Positions 38,401-52,256 of a stretch of DNA of 64,000 bases are shown piece after piece. The stretch is from Saccostrea echinata (taxonomy: Eukaryota), in the NCBI RefSeq assembly GCF_033153115.1, contig NW_026889779.1:30752001-30816000 (forward strand), read 5' to 3'. The translations under genes were made by a program, and so were the position numbers. The notes under the pieces were generated by a model. The model was not told the DNA's origin. It saw nothing but the letters and a program-made list of their open reading frames with translations, and ran no database searches. Numbering within the stretch: position 1 is the stretch's first letter; every line of letters starts with the position of its first letter.

Positions 38401-41325
38401 GTAGAGGTAATAAGCTCTCAACTAGTATAGAAATAGGTAGCAAAGAGAGAAATCTTTCAAAGTACCAGCTATGCATGTCAGAACTAAAACTCTGGAAATC
38501 CACTGGTCTTAATGTAAATGTTCTACATATTTTACCTTTTGGTTGCAATGTTGTTGAAAATCAAAAAAAAAAAAAAACAAAACAAACTAGGAAGATAGTT
38601 GTTGAATTTCAAAAAATAAAAGTCTATGCATATGTTAGCTAGTGTACTTTTGATACACGAAGGAAGCATAAGTTATACCCTGTGCCTTGGTATTTACCAC
38701 ACAGATGGGCTAAATTATATGTGTATTTACACAAGTTACTCATGTACCTGAAAAAATTATATCTACATAATGGCCATTAATGGAATCTCTTATTTACATT
38801 ATATGATTATGTTTTAAAGTTTTCTGAAATCTTTAAACAGGACATTAATGTTAATAATGACTAAGTTTTTTATATTTTTATGCTACTTGAGGTCATTGTT
38901 TGTTAAACAAAATATATCTTCTACAATCTAGCTCTTGGTAGCAAGCCTAAGATCCTATATTCCTTTAGAGTAGAAGCTAGGAGGCACAAGGCTTTAATTT
39001 CCATCAATCTTGGGCCTTAATCGCTTGTCAGGTACTTGATGACGCAGATTATTGCAGCAATGTACAGGTGCAAAGCAGCTTCTGATTTATTGCAGATCAC
39101 TGTGGATACAGAGTTTATGTCAAACACGCCATTTTCTGGTGTTTGGGGGAAGCTACAGAAGGTGCTCTGTTGGGTAATTAGTCTCCCCTAATGAACAGGT
39201 GCAGAACAACAAGATGTTATAAATTGGGATTTCTGCTTAAAGATACAAAAGTCAACTGTTAAATGATTCAAAATTTTAAATAATTTATGAGAACTTTCAC
39301 TCTGAATAAACCTCTCTTGTTTCAGACAAAATTCTTTTTGAATAGTTTAAATAGAAGAGATATTTCTTCAACACAAAGGGATAATTGATGTGAAATATTT
39401 GTGAAAGAAATCACTATGTTGACATCTTTGGTATTTTATGTATGTTCAAGACAAAAATGCTAAATGACCTGGCTTAAGTGTGTGTTGATGACCATGCAAA
39501 CACGTTTTAAGAGGTTTTTCTAAAAAGTCAATTGTATTCTCCTGTCTTCAATTTATAAATGTAGATTGACTCATCATTTTTTGTTTGGTTCTTTAAAAAT
39601 CCATTTAGATTCATTTGAAACTGGCAGTGACAGACAGTGGCAAAAGTGAAACATTTACAAATACCAAACAATTTAACTATACACCATTTTACCCTTAAAT
39701 GTCAAAAAAATAAAGGTGTTTTGACCAGCCGGCCAGTCCATAGCTATAAAATCAATTTGACTATGTAATTCTTTACACAGGGTGTCACCATCTCGAAAGA
39801 TGGCTATCATTTTGAGACCTATCATTAGGTTAGCCAAGGGGCATCATTTAGCCCTTACTTTTATGTGTCCACATATACTGCGTTTATCAGATTCAGGTGA
39901 TACTGGAAATAAAAATTCAATTGATAAAGTTCTCTGGCCAGATCATTCATCACACTTAGAATAAATATCTGACAGCATATTAACATAAAATTAAAAGTAT
40001 ATTCAAATTACAAGCCACCTGATTCTATTAGAATCCATATCTTGGTCATATAAGTCTCTTTCTTGTATGTGCTTTGACCATTCTTTCTTTTATAGGCTTG
40101 AAGCATTCAGATGGATGTCACATTTTTCATAAAAAGGTGGCTCAAATCAGAATTCATATATTAATCCTGCTGCCCAGACTTGAACTTAAAAGCACCATTT
40201 TTAGAAATTTATAACATGCCATAAAACTCATATTTGACCAATTCACTATAATGCTGCATTCCTTCCTGAAGTAATAATTCTGAAGGCACCGAAGAGAAAA
40301 ATGTTTCACATAAAGATTGAAAAAATATATACAGCTCAGAGACAATGTATGTTATTAAAAAGCAATTACTTGACAATCAATCCTAGCCATGCAAAACAAC
40401 ATCACCATAAAAGCCCTTATATAAGGAAGCATTAAAATCCTCCTGAAGGGTGGAATGGGTGTAAGTTAATATGGCTGAAGATCACAGGACGTACCCTTGC
40501 TTACTGGTCCAGAATCATCGGTAATAATTAAAGAGTTACCTGATCTGACCCAGTAACAATATATTCTTCTCTTGTAGACACCCCAGTGATAGGTATTTAT
40601 CCCCATACAACAGCCACCATAACTGTCATTAGGTCAGGGGGGATGTCAAATGATTAACTTTAATGAGCATCATTTACACTTGATTTCAGTATGCTGTCAC
40701 CATGCAGTGTATTTAATTTTTTTTTTTTTTAAGTTTTTTGTTAACTCTTTCATGAATAGCTGACCATAGCTGCCAAACTGAAATTCAAATGAACCTAAAA
40801 CCTTTATTTGTTATCATAGCAGAAAAATCAAGTTAATATAAACATTCTAAGTAACCTATTTGAGCACCAGAATCTTTAACCCAAATCAAAAAACATGACA
40901 GCTGCATGTTTCTAGGCTCTGTTCTCTTTCCAGTTACCGATATAATCCCTCTTAAAAAACAAGTGGCTATAAAAACATCTACCCAGACATGACCCAGTTC
41001 TGTGGAAACTGGTCAGAAGATTTCAACCTTTGAGACATTCCATAGTATGCAAATTTGGCTGCTGATCTAGGTTTTGATGGTTTCGTCAGCATCTGATGGG
41101 GTCAATGATCCTCCACAAATCAAGGTCATTATACATGCTTAGCAACCCTCAGCTAAATGATGTTACTTTCTTCATCAATCAAGAAATTCTCAAAGAATTC
41201 CTTGCTCCCCTTTTTCTGTCAGTAAAAATTAGCGATTGCTTAGATCATCTTCAACAAGACAGTAACAAAAAAAGATTGCACTAGAAAATTTTGTAATGAT
41301 CAGAGAATTCCATTAACTCAAGGAT

Positions 41326-41418
41326 TAGCTGCAGAACTATAGCATTATGGTTTTATATCTTAGTCTTTGACCATAAAGACTAAAATATACAACCATAACG
41401 CTTATACTTCTGCAGCTA
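41326..41418. mobile_element. 93-bp miniature of the foldback family at 30635
   Basis: CTCAAGGAT|TAGCTGCAGAAC...TTCTGCAGCTA|CTCAAGGAT; perfect 9-bp TSD. Confidence 0.85.
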
Positions 41419-42411
41419 CTCAAGGATGAAATATCAGGACATAATTATTACAGAACTGGGTAAAAGCCTTGAATCAATGCTGTGTGTGTTACTTCAATGT
41501 TAGGTAACATGTCTAGCACTTTACGTACAAAATTGTCTAATGTAAACAAATCAGGAAGCAGGGATGTTTGCTAAGTCTTACAGTTCATTTGGAAATCAGG
41601 ACTAACAGCTCTGCAAAATCAGCGTGTATATGGGTTTTTTTGTTCCCAATGACACCCAGGTATGATAATTGCCTCTTCACTTTGTATTTGAACTAAAACA
41701 AAAATTTTATGATGTTGACAAAGTACCCAGTTCAAAGAGAGGACAGATAAATAACAACCATAAATTGTTGACCAATTCCACATTTCACAAATCCCTCCTT
41801 TTGGAATATCAGGATATCCAATTTTCTGGGTGGTCAGGGAGAGAAAAGTAAAATAGATACGAAGCATAAGTAAATCTGTGATTAAGAGACACCCAGGATA
41901 TTTTAAAGGGTCCGAGTTTATACCCGAGTATGTTAAATCTCTACCAATACAGAACCACCGGTGTGAATATTCCAAACCTGCTTGATAATCATTTTCTTAG
42001 CTAAGGTTGAGTACCATATACAAAGCCATGTGTGTATTCAGTGAATTGGTGTTCAGAGCAGTGATATCCTGGGCCTGCCTCTGTGATTAGCTTAGAGCCT
42101 GGACTTACACCAACTAAACACACAGCCTGGGGTCAGGATTGCTTATAATAAACCTCTAAATCAGAACTTATTGTGAGGTAATCTATTGCCGACCTCAATC
42201 GCCCTCCAGAAAAATTGTTAATTTTGGGTTTAAATTTCTCAATAATTAAATTCATTGAAAATGGGGAAACTGGTACCACTCTGGTTAAAGACGATCAGAC
42301 CGACCCACGGTAATCTTAATGCTAATCTAAGAATTGCTTTTATCTTACAAGCACACGTGCAGATAAAATTTTAGGAGTTGCTAGGCAACATATTTTGGTG
42401 AGAAAATATAC

Positions 42412-42652
42412 CTGTGCACGTTTGTGTGTAATCGATGCAGCAATCCCCCATAGTTACACATTCCTGATCACAAAAACATCTCTTTTGCTTATTATCGTTA
42501 TCCATTCGGGGTCCATGAGCAAAGCATGTGTTATTTCGGCCCGGGCAGCAGTAGCGGGCCTCAGCACAAGTCCTGAAAGCTGAAACAGGCCCACTAAAAT
42601 ACACCGCGCACACAGCAAATCCAAGCAACAAAAGGGCACTTTTTCCAACCAT
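42412..42652 (-). CDS. SBSPON: SBSPON-like, exon 1 (signal peptide and somatomedin-B domain)
   Basis: MVGKSALLLLGFAVCAVYFSGPVSA signal; CCPGRNNTC...CFCDQECVTMGDCCIDY SMB motif; four exons total 870 nt = 289 aa plus stop. Confidence 0.9.
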
Positions 42653-42989
42653 GTTAGGTGTCTTTTTAAAGAATTTTCCTTATTTTTTTTCAAAAAGTAA
42701 AAATGTACACTTTTGTGTGTTGTTGAAGGCCTTTATCCTTGTTCTTCGCCTCCTCCCGCAGAGCGCTGCTGGTTCGCGCGATGTCTTGTACACACTGCCA
42801 CGCGCTAGCGGTTCAATTACTCCACTCTTGCAAGTTTTGTGTTCTACTAGCTAGTAGGGGAAACTCTCAAAATATCCGTCACCAACCAGAACGAATGAAT
42901 CACCCGTAAATAAAATATTGTCATTTAATGTTTAATTTTTCTCTTGTTAGTTCTAAGTACTACTATCAAAGATGCGGATAGTCCGAATG

Positions 42990-42998
42990 TTATATATA
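42990..42998 (-). promoter_or_regulatory. Candidate TATA box of the SBSPON-like gene
   Basis: Minus-strand TATATATAA ~340 bp upstream of the ATG, in a locally CpG-enriched region (42750-43070). Confidence 0.45.
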
Positions 42999-44201
42999 CC
43001 TCCAACTTATGAATATTCATTACCACCAAACTTTTGGGTGTACAGGTAACTGCGCGCACCGCGAACACAACCCTTTACTTTACTCAGTGTCAGGATAATT
43101 GCACGATAATCATAACATCTTACTGTGATAATGAGATTTCATTTCCTAATGTTTACCACGATAAGACAAAATAGTCTTTCTCGCTTTTTTTCCAGGAACA
43201 ATTAAAGACAATGTTTTCTTCTAACCCCCCACCCCTTTCTATGTAATTCGCCAGTGACAAAATTGTTTAACCTTTTATAATTAACTTGCTACCTTTCTGC
43301 GATCTGAGTTTTCCTCCATTTTAATGTGACATTTTTTTTCGAGAGATTAATAACGCAATTTACGTATGTACAGTCGCCATTGATTAATTAAAAAAAAAGT
43401 TTATAAATATATCATCACCAACTTTTTTCATTCATTCGATTTCCAATTTTACTTTAAAAAAAAATAAAATTCAAAAGAAAACCTATTTGAAACCCAAAAA
43501 TATTAATTATACGATTTCTCAATTTTATAATTTTCTTAACTCGTACGCCTATATAAACCAAAGATTTATTTATTTCTAACAATTACAGTTCAATTTTTTT
43601 TTTGTTATGTAATATCACTCGTCTGTATGGGTACTTGTTCCAGAGAACAGCAATCGAACATTACAAAGTATTTTTCATGACCGCATTTTTTTTTTTTTTG
43701 GATCTTTTGCATTCCCGTTTTCTTAAATCTTGCATTATAGCAAAGATTAGAAAATGGGAGTTAACATCCTCACGGTTACTCTATGCTAACAAACCCAGAA
43801 AATTTGTAAATAATAAATGTAATGTTTAGTATCGCAAACTGTTGTCAAGTGACACAAATAATAAATAGTGCACCAAATGCAGATTATTCCTTTTCCCGAT
43901 ATTTTTTGAGAACAAAGAAAGTGAATCACGGTTCTTATCAAGAGGAAGTGAGTCATTGAGATTGCCCTGCATGATGCCATTAGTACAGGTTTGTATGCTA
44001 TACAAGTGTCATAGATCACAGGGATCCTTAACTTCAGATTATACTCTTAATGGGTCATCGAGAGGGGATGTTGCTTCCGATCATCGTCAGCTTTACCGTT
44101 TACTTAACCGACGACAAAAGCGAGATAACTCTTCTATGAATATTCAATCCTCACAACTTCCCTTTGTATAAACAATGACCACGTGTTTCAGTCTATAGAT
44201 G

Positions 44202-44220
44202 TTTATTCTTGTTCTTTATT
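44202..44220 (-). promoter_or_regulatory. Candidate clathrin heavy chain polyadenylation signals
   Basis: Two minus-strand AATAAA (plus-strand TTTATT at 44202 and 44215), ~1.07 kb past the stop. Confidence 0.45.
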
Positions 44221-45282
44221 ACACATGTACGTTACTATTATTAGCTAAAATCCAATGTTATCACACCACTGGATAACAAATCTAGACCAAAGGAGTAGAC
44301 AACGATATAGATGAATGATCACTGCTTCTAGCTTGATAATAAAGAGCTGATCCATCATAGCAGATTGTGTATATCAACAACACACATATTCAAGTTCTAC
44401 AATCGTCCATTTATACAACACTGAATTCAATGCACAATAAATTGGCTATGGAACGTCATTAACTATTATAAATTCCTTTCAATGATACAATTTTGAGTAT
44501 GTGCAACAATTCAAAGCTACTCTAGTGATACCATTGTTTAAATACCTATGAAATAAATAATTCTCATGCTTTATAGTAAAGCTCATTTAAATAACTGATT
44601 ATTCACAAAAAAAATCACATCTTTTTAAAATCAAATGTCAGAATGAAGTTTCAAAAGTAGGGTGCAAAATTTCCACACAATAAAAATATTAGCCATCATT
44701 CAGGTAACAAATGGTGGAAAATCATGCTTAAATAGATGAAATCAGTTGATTGAAAAAAATTATAAAACATAACATTTGACTTTAACACTGCATCAACTCT
44801 CATGTGAAGCACTTTATATCAATGCATATATATACATATTTGAAAAGATACAAGTATCTTTAAACTTAAAATCACAGAAAAAATTAACATCTCATAAAAT
44901 GATCAAAGATTTTGCAGGTCCCTCGGAAATAATGATTAACATCAGGATTCTTCAAAAATCTGCCAATAAATACAAATTACTTCAAGGAAAAATGTTGCCT
45001 CTGACATTTAGAATTATTTTTTTTAATTAAATCATAAGATAATACTAAACAGAATTTCATTTACTGATTGCCTGATTTGTCACTGTTTACTCTAACATAG
45101 ATAGAATATTGCACTCGACATGAATTGGACCTGTTGTACAGCTACTATAAACTACTGCATCATAACACATCACTGGCAAACTTTTGAATCTCCCACATCA
45201 ATGTCAATGATATCACTTGTTCACTATATACATCATGATTGATGCTGGAAATACTTGGTATGACTATGAAGTTTGTTCAGGG

Positions 45283-45410
45283 TTACATGCTATAGCCATA
45301 GGTGCCCATCCCTGGGTAGGCGGGGCCCCCATATGGGGGCTGGGGTGATGGGGCCTGAGGTGGGGGCATCATAGGTGAAGGTCCAGCAGTCAACATTAGC
45401 TGAGGCTCCG
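45283..45410 (-). CDS. CLTC: Clathrin heavy chain, last exon
   Basis: EPQLMLTAGPSPMMPPPQAPSPQPPYGGPAYPGMGTYGYSM-TAA; QLMLT Hsc70-binding motif, GYSM terminus. Confidence 0.93.
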
Positions 45411-45570
45411 CTACAACAAAATAAAGGCAACATATACAACCGTGCTGAGTTCAATCAAAATTCTTCATCATACTTGCAATGTTGAACCAACTGCATGAAA
45501 GCTTAGTGAAAATTTGAATTCCTTTACACTTTGTTGCTGGACTAAATGAATCAAATTGAAATATCTTTAC

Positions 45571-45646
45571 CAAAGACAATAGGCCTTTCTTCTGCTTTCT
45601 GCTCCTCCTCACTGCGGACATTCTCTGCTTGTTCCAGCTTATCAAC
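45571..45646 (-). CDS. CLTC: Clathrin heavy chain exon
   Basis: VDKLEQAENVRSEEEQKAEERPIVF; AG/GT boundaries. Confidence 0.92.
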
Positions 45647-46212
45647 CTGTATAAACGAATCAAAGTTTTTAATACATTTCTTTTCTCTCTCTACAAAATT
45701 TCATGAAAGGAAAATTATGTTATTTTTACCCTTCTTGTGATGTGTTTTAATTTAAACAAGAGGTCAATGGGCCACAATGCTCACCTGAGTTACTTTAATC
45801 CTGCTGTTCTGCATCAGATCCCCCCCAAACATGTACCCTTATGTATATTTGATCACCTTTTGTGACCTAACCCTATACACAGGGGCTGAGATTTGAACAA
45901 AATTGGATCTACACTACCACAGAATGCTTCCACATTAATACCATTCAAGAAATTTGCTCCTGAGGAGTTTTAAAAGATTTTTTCCAGTATAATCCCCATC
46001 GATTGATTATAATCCCTATTTTTTAATGACCCCATCCTAATTTTGCCTTTTATTTGATTATCTCCCCTTGGAAGAGGGCTTGGTTCTTCATTTTAATAAT
46101 TTTGAATCCCCCTTCATTCAGGGATGCTTTGTACTAACTTTGGTTAAATTGGTTAAAATAAAGATTTTTTCCTGTATTATCCCTATTTTGGCCCCACATG
46201 ACTCCCAGGGGT

Positions 46213-47772
46213 TAGGGCTGTCATGGTTCCAAAATTTTTCGGGTCGGGTCAGTTCCGTAAATTTTCGGTTCGGTTTCGGGTTTTTCGAGTCGGGTATTTA
46301 CATCTATTTTAACCCTTAATTTCATGAATTTAACTTGAAAAATCTTTATTTGTTACATTAAAGAATCTGGGGGGATAAGGCGAGCCATGTGCCCATGCCC
46401 ATTTTTCGGCTATGCAAGAACATTTATTGGAAAAAATCTCTCAATTGTTCGAATTTACTTAAGCATTTTAATGTTTACCGTAGTTTTCAAAATGATATTT
46501 ATATTCTAAACAAGCTAAACAGTTGACTTTCATATACTGTCACAAATGTCTAACATGAGTAAGGACTTCTATTAATTAATCTGCATATTGAGTGTTTACA
46601 CTTATTGTGGAGATATTATAAAAATGTTAACATCGTATATAATGATAATGGTGATCTAGAAGCGCTTTTATTTAAAATAAATAAAATGGGAATAAAAGTA
46701 TTCAAATATCTATTATAATTTTTATCCGGCATTTTAAATAATTTACTGTAAATAAGTTCATTACTACATGTATATATTTTATTTCCAGTGAAAAATATGT
46801 TATTCCTACAGACATTTTTTATAAAGTAAAACAAAATTAAAACCAAAAAAAAAAAAAAAAAATCAACAAACAATAATAATAAAAAAAACACAAAAAATCA
46901 GAGCATGACTCGAACACTTTCCTCAATAAACGTCCCTTTAAAGAGCTCCTCGCTAACCACTAGACCACGGAGTCACACTAACATGTCCATTTAAATAGCA
47001 TACAGTTTTCTATATTTAGCAAGCGTTTTTGGACTTAGAATTTTTTAAGACCACGGTGAAAATTTAAGTAAGTTAACTTAATTTTTTATGTAGAGTGGGT
47101 CTTCATACCAAATTTTTGCAAGTGTAAAAAGCAACATCTTTCCATTGCCTTTCATTAATCGTTCTCAAAAAAATGGTACGATGACCCAGTCTATTTAAAA
47201 AATGTAGTTATATCATCCAATTTATGTCAGTTTCTGTGAAAATTGAGCGTGATGCCATTTTGTTGTGTTAATCAGAATCATTTTCGCTGTTACAGTATTC
47301 AGGTTTTGTCAAATTTATATGCAAATGGTAATAAGCATTACATTAATTCAACATAAAATGAAATTTTTGTAAAATGAATTTATTGATTTTTTATCGATCG
47401 TTATGTAGGCATATGGCTCGGCTTATCCCCCCAGTTTCTTTACATTGGAAACAAGTCTGAACCATGCGAACGTCTAGACATCGGTGACTTGGCCTACTAT
47501 TAGCCACAACCTGACCATTCCTGCTCATTTTGATAATTATCTAATACTTCCGTGACAAGTGTTTTGTCATGGAATGAAGTAGATTTCAGTTGTGATGTTT
47601 ATTTATCACTGTTATCGTCATCGTTACTTTGATTTTGACACCATTTTTTGTATTGAACAGACTCTAATATATAAACCAGACCCGAACCGAAATCCGGAAA
47701 AATGGAACCGGAACCGAACCGAACAACTTGGACCGCGGTTCTCGGTTATTTCGGGTACTCGTGACAGCCCTA
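46213..47772. mobile_element. Non-autonomous hAT element
   Basis: CCAGGGGT|TAGGGCTGTCA...TGACAGCCCTA|CCAGGGGT: perfect 8-bp TSD, TAGGG termini, subterminal TTCGG/CCGAA repeats. Confidence 0.9.
46360..47441. mobile_element. TIR element nested in the hAT
   Basis: AAAGAATCTGGGGGGATAAGGCGAGCCATGTGCC ... GGCATATGGCTCGGCTTATCCCCCCAGTTTCTTT, flanked by ACATT on both sides. Confidence 0.7.
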
Positions 47773-48304
47773 CCAGGGGTCATGACTTTAATAATTTAGT
47801 ATCTACACTACCTCTGGAAGCTTCCACATATGATTCAGTTTTTTGGTCAAGTGGTTGTTGGGAAGAAGATTTTTAAAGCTTTTTCCTATACATTTCAATG
47901 TAAACCTTTGATTTTTTTTTATTGTGGTTCCACCCTACCCCTGGGGCCATGTTTTGGACAATTTAGAATCTATTCTACCTCAGGAAGCTTCCACACAAGT
48001 TTCAGCTTTCATTTTTCATCTTTTCTGGTCCAGTGGTTCTTGAGAAGATTTTTTAATGACCCAATCCTATTTTTGCCTTTTTTTGATTACCTCCCCTTGG
48101 AAGGGGGCCTGGCCTTTCAATTTAATTATTTAGAATCCCCTTCACCCAGGGATGCTTTGTACCAACTTCTGTTAAAATTGGCCTAGTGGTTCTTGAGAAG
48201 AAGTTGAGAATGTGACAGACAGACAAGATGAATGGACGGATGCAGAACAACGGGTGATCAGAAAAACTCAATTGAGCTAAAAAAATGATGTATTTTATAA
48301 TTAC

Positions 48305-48526
48305 CTTGGAAATGTACTCCCTCACAACCTGAATCATGTAGGGCATGGCAAAGTCCATGATGTTATGCCTCCATGCCAATTCTAATATAACGTCGGGTCG
48401 CAAGAGATCGTAACACTGGAACAGGCAGGCAGCAAAGCACTCATGATACTGATTCTCCAGGAACCAAGCAATCAAGTCCTCAGCTATTGCAGTGTCCCTC
48501 GACTCGCTAGCGTAACACATGGCATC
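48305..48526 (-). CDS. CLTC: Clathrin heavy chain exon
   Basis: [11 protein letters not shown]...[33 protein letters not shown]. Confidence 0.95.
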
Positions 48527-49298
48527 CTGCAAAACCAAATCAAACTTAGTTGTAAAAAGGGAAAAAAATATATAAATTAATGCATTCTGCCTTCATGTTA
48601 TTTCCCTGTACTTGATCTTTCTGTCCTTCAGTCAGGATGAATACAAATTCAAAGAACAAGGTACAGTTTCAATACAAATCTGGCCCTGTATTTTTATAAA
48701 ATATGAAAGTAACATAAGAAATTAAAACCTATGATTTCTGAGTGGTTCAAATCCCATGCAGTGAGAACATACAAATCCTGTTCCTCATATGACCTAAATG
48801 CTAATTGGGATGTCATAAACTTGTGCATTTTCCCTTATTTTCTTAAAAAGTTGTAGAAGACGTCAAATTTCAGTGGAATTTTCTCTCAGATAATATAGAG
48901 CACATGCATCACCCACAAAGATTTTGAAAAAATGTAATTTTTCCAAAGATTTTACTCAATATATCTAAAATTAGAAGTGGGTGACGGCTGTGGACACTAT
49001 TTTCTTAAGAAAAATAACCCCAGAAATGAGTAATTTTGAGGCTTTTTCTGTTAAAAACTCAGAAATGTACTAATTTACTGACGTCATATTTCCAGAATGG
49101 TCCTCCTTCATGCCGTATTCCTTCATGATTTATCACATTCATATACTTAACTCATATTAAAGCCAATTTCATAACTTTTTGAAAACATTAAATTTTTAGG
49201 GCACAATAAAACCCAAACCATACCTTTTTCTTTATTGTACAGCTCTACTTTATGAATTAAGACAATAATAATCTACTATCCTTCTTCATAAAAGTTAC

Positions 49299-49862
49299 CT
49301 TGAAAAGTTTGTCCTTTTTGCATAAATCAACAGATTGTTTCCATCTGTTATTCCCTTTGTATAAGTAGGCAGCGATCCTTCTGAACTCAATGAGCTCATG
49401 TTTCTCCAGTCGTTGGGCCAGCATGATGTTATCAAAGTTCTCGTAGCCATCAATGGATGCCTGCAGGCCTTGGTAATCCTCCTCCTCAATGAGGAGATTG
49501 TTCAGAGCCTCGTTGATTGCCTTGTTGTTGTTTTTCTGTACACTGCGAAGGTAGGGCTTTACCAGGGAAATTTGTTTGACTTTGATGAAGAAATTAACAG
49601 CTCTTGTGTGGTCAAGACGAGGGGTCAAGACCATAAGCAAGTCATTTAGTAGTAAAGGCTTAAAGTCCAGATAGAACTGAATGGCTTTGTAGTAAAGCTC
49701 AATGTTGGCCACTTTTGTGATGATATCCTTGAACTGACTTTCCTTCCAGGCTTCTGTGGGGTGGTTCATCATAGCAATGATGGCATTATCATACTCCTCA
49801 TATTTATCATACAAGAAGACTAATTCAGGCCACAAGTGAGCTTGTTCGGCTGCTCGTAATAC
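49299..49862 (-). CDS. CLTC: Clathrin heavy chain exon
   Basis: [27 protein letters not shown]...CKKDKLFK. Confidence 0.96.
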
Positions 49863-49946
49863 CTGAAAATAGCATCACACATGATTCCCATTTTTGTGAA
49901 AAACTTCAGTTATAAAAGTGTCAAACTTGTCTTATGAGTGAGATCA

Positions 49947-50105
<159 letters not shown>

Positions 50106-50228
50106 TCAAAATATCCTTAATTAATTATATAAAATCTTAATACTCGTTTCCTACCTTAACACAGATTGAATTGTAGTCTAATTGTTATTTCTTCCATCAA
50201 ACATTAGGAGCATTGTTCAAAGACTTTA

Positions 50229-50402
<174 letters not shown>

Positions 50403-50573
50403 CTATCATTACAATATTTATAATCATTAACTACAGTACATCAAATTCAGCAGTCATAATATGTTAAATCAAATGATAAAATAACAGATTTGTCTTCCAT
50501 TGATGGGAAAATCTGAGAGAGTGTTTGATTTCTTCATGGAGAAAACCAGTCATCTGTCTTTGTTATTACATAC

Positions 50574-50738
50574 TTCTTTCCAAGTTTTGGTGCTGTTGGC
50601 TTTTCTTGCTCCATCAACAGCGCCCTGATACTCTCCCAGATGGACCAGGGTGATGGCCAAGCGGGCATAGTTAGATACATTGTTGTACAAAAGTTTGGCA
50701 GCCTCATACATTTTGTTGTCAAAGCATCTATCTGCCAC
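50574..50738 (-). CDS. CLTC: Clathrin heavy chain exon
   Basis: [18 protein letters not shown]...[12 protein letters not shown]. Confidence 0.95.
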
Positions 50739-50882
50739 CTATAAAATGATATTAACGCATTTAAAAATTTGGGTTGTTAATTTATTCACCGGTAATATAG
50801 ATATATATCTTTATCTTTTTTTTTTACAAAGTTATTTTTCCCATGAAAGAATATGATTTTTCAAATATTATTGGTTCATTAC

Positions 50883-51040
50883 CTGTGTAATATTGGCATG
50901 GTTTGGACCAGAGATAAATTCTTCCAAGTCTGCTAATCTGTTGGTCTTGGCATAAGCAAAGACTAATTCTGTTTCTATAAATGTTTCCCTTGCCTTCTTT
51001 CGTGCCATTTGTAAGAATTTAACCAAATCTTCCCAGCTAT
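50883..51040 (-). CDS. CLTC: Clathrin heavy chain exon
   Basis: [18 protein letters not shown]...GPNHANITQ. Confidence 0.95.
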
Positions 51041-51173
51041 CTGCAATCAAAAGAGACAGTTTCATGAAATACTATTTTCTGATTTTTCTATATATACATG
51101 TATGTACATTGTCATATAATTTAAAATCAAGTTGTAATAGTTATATCAAACATAAACAAACATGACAACTTAC

Positions 51174-51366
51174 TGTTGCTGGATGCTACATTGACAACCT
51201 CCATGTACTGAGAAGGATCATCAGCTTTGATAAATGAATCAATGGCTTCCTTCACCATGTTTTCATTCAACTGAGCACGTCCTAACTGGCTCCAAACTGC
51301 TGGGTCATTGCAGCGTTCAGCAAATTCATAAGCACGGTCCAAATTCTTCACATTGTCTATCAGCAC
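51174..51366 (-). CDS. CLTC: Clathrin heavy chain exon
   Basis: [20 protein letters not shown]...[14 protein letters not shown]. Confidence 0.95.
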
Positions 51367-51518
51367 CTGTAGTGAACAATTCTCCATCAGAATATTTCTT
51401 GATACAAATTAGTGCATCTAAAAATGCTGAATTTTCCATCAGAATATTTCTTGATACACATTAGCGTATCTAAAAATGATCTTATTTTTCATACAGCATT
51501 TAATATAATATAGCTTAC

Positions 51519-51702
51519 CTGGATGGCTGAAGTGTTGACTTCAAACTTCTTGAATATGGCAAAAGCTTCTTCATAGAGTTCATTAGTGATGGCAATGTTA
51601 GCAATGTCCGGGGCATCATAATTGTCCAGTCTATTGATGTACTCCATAACTCGTGTACGGTCAGCTTTAATGGCTGTCAATATCAGCAAGTTCTGCAAGT
51701 TC
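51519..51702 (-). CDS. CLTC: Clathrin heavy chain exon
   Basis: [34 protein letters not shown]...NTSAIQ. Confidence 0.95.
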
Positions 51703-51828
51703 CTGATAGAAAAAAACAACAAATTTTACTAAGAGGATAATCTTATTCAACTAGTAAGAATTTTCTCTTTTCAAAAATACATATATATGCAGTTTTTTAT
51801 ATAAAATTCCCATTTCCTATGATTCTTA

Positions 51829-51975
<147 letters not shown>

Positions 51976-52133
51976 CTACATAATATATATAGTTTGTAAT
52001 CAATCCCTGCTCATGGTACCTACTGATCCATAATAAATATAGTTTGTAATCAATTCCTGCTCATGGTACCTATTGATCCTGATTGAATGTAGCTTATATA
52101 TTTGAGATGCCTTATGTACAAAGTGAAGCTTAC

Positions 52134-52256
52134 CTGGTCAATCAGCTGTCTCCTGTATTCATTGTCTTCACTCAGCACTTTAGCCCAGAGGTCAAGGTCT
52201 CTACGTTTTACCAGGTAACGTGACTGACTCTTGAACAGTGAATTCTCATTGCACAC
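52134..52256 (-). CDS. CLTC: Clathrin heavy chain exon
   Basis: [20 protein letters not shown]...RQLIDQ. Confidence 0.95.

Larger units (their letters stand above)
45755..48282 (-). mobile_element. HINE in reverse orientation hosting nested elements
   Basis: AACAAGAGG..GGGCCAC..GCTCACCTGAG at left, GGGTGATCAGAAAAACTCA..GAGCTAAAA at right; monomer continues across the 46213-47772 insert. Confidence 0.75.

Noticed and set aside
20700-42350. Apparent abundance of GGATTA/TAATCC and CAGGTA/CAGGTG motifs in SBSPON introns
   Set aside because: Could be enhancers, but enrichment cannot be shown by eye; needs motif counts against background and conservation data.
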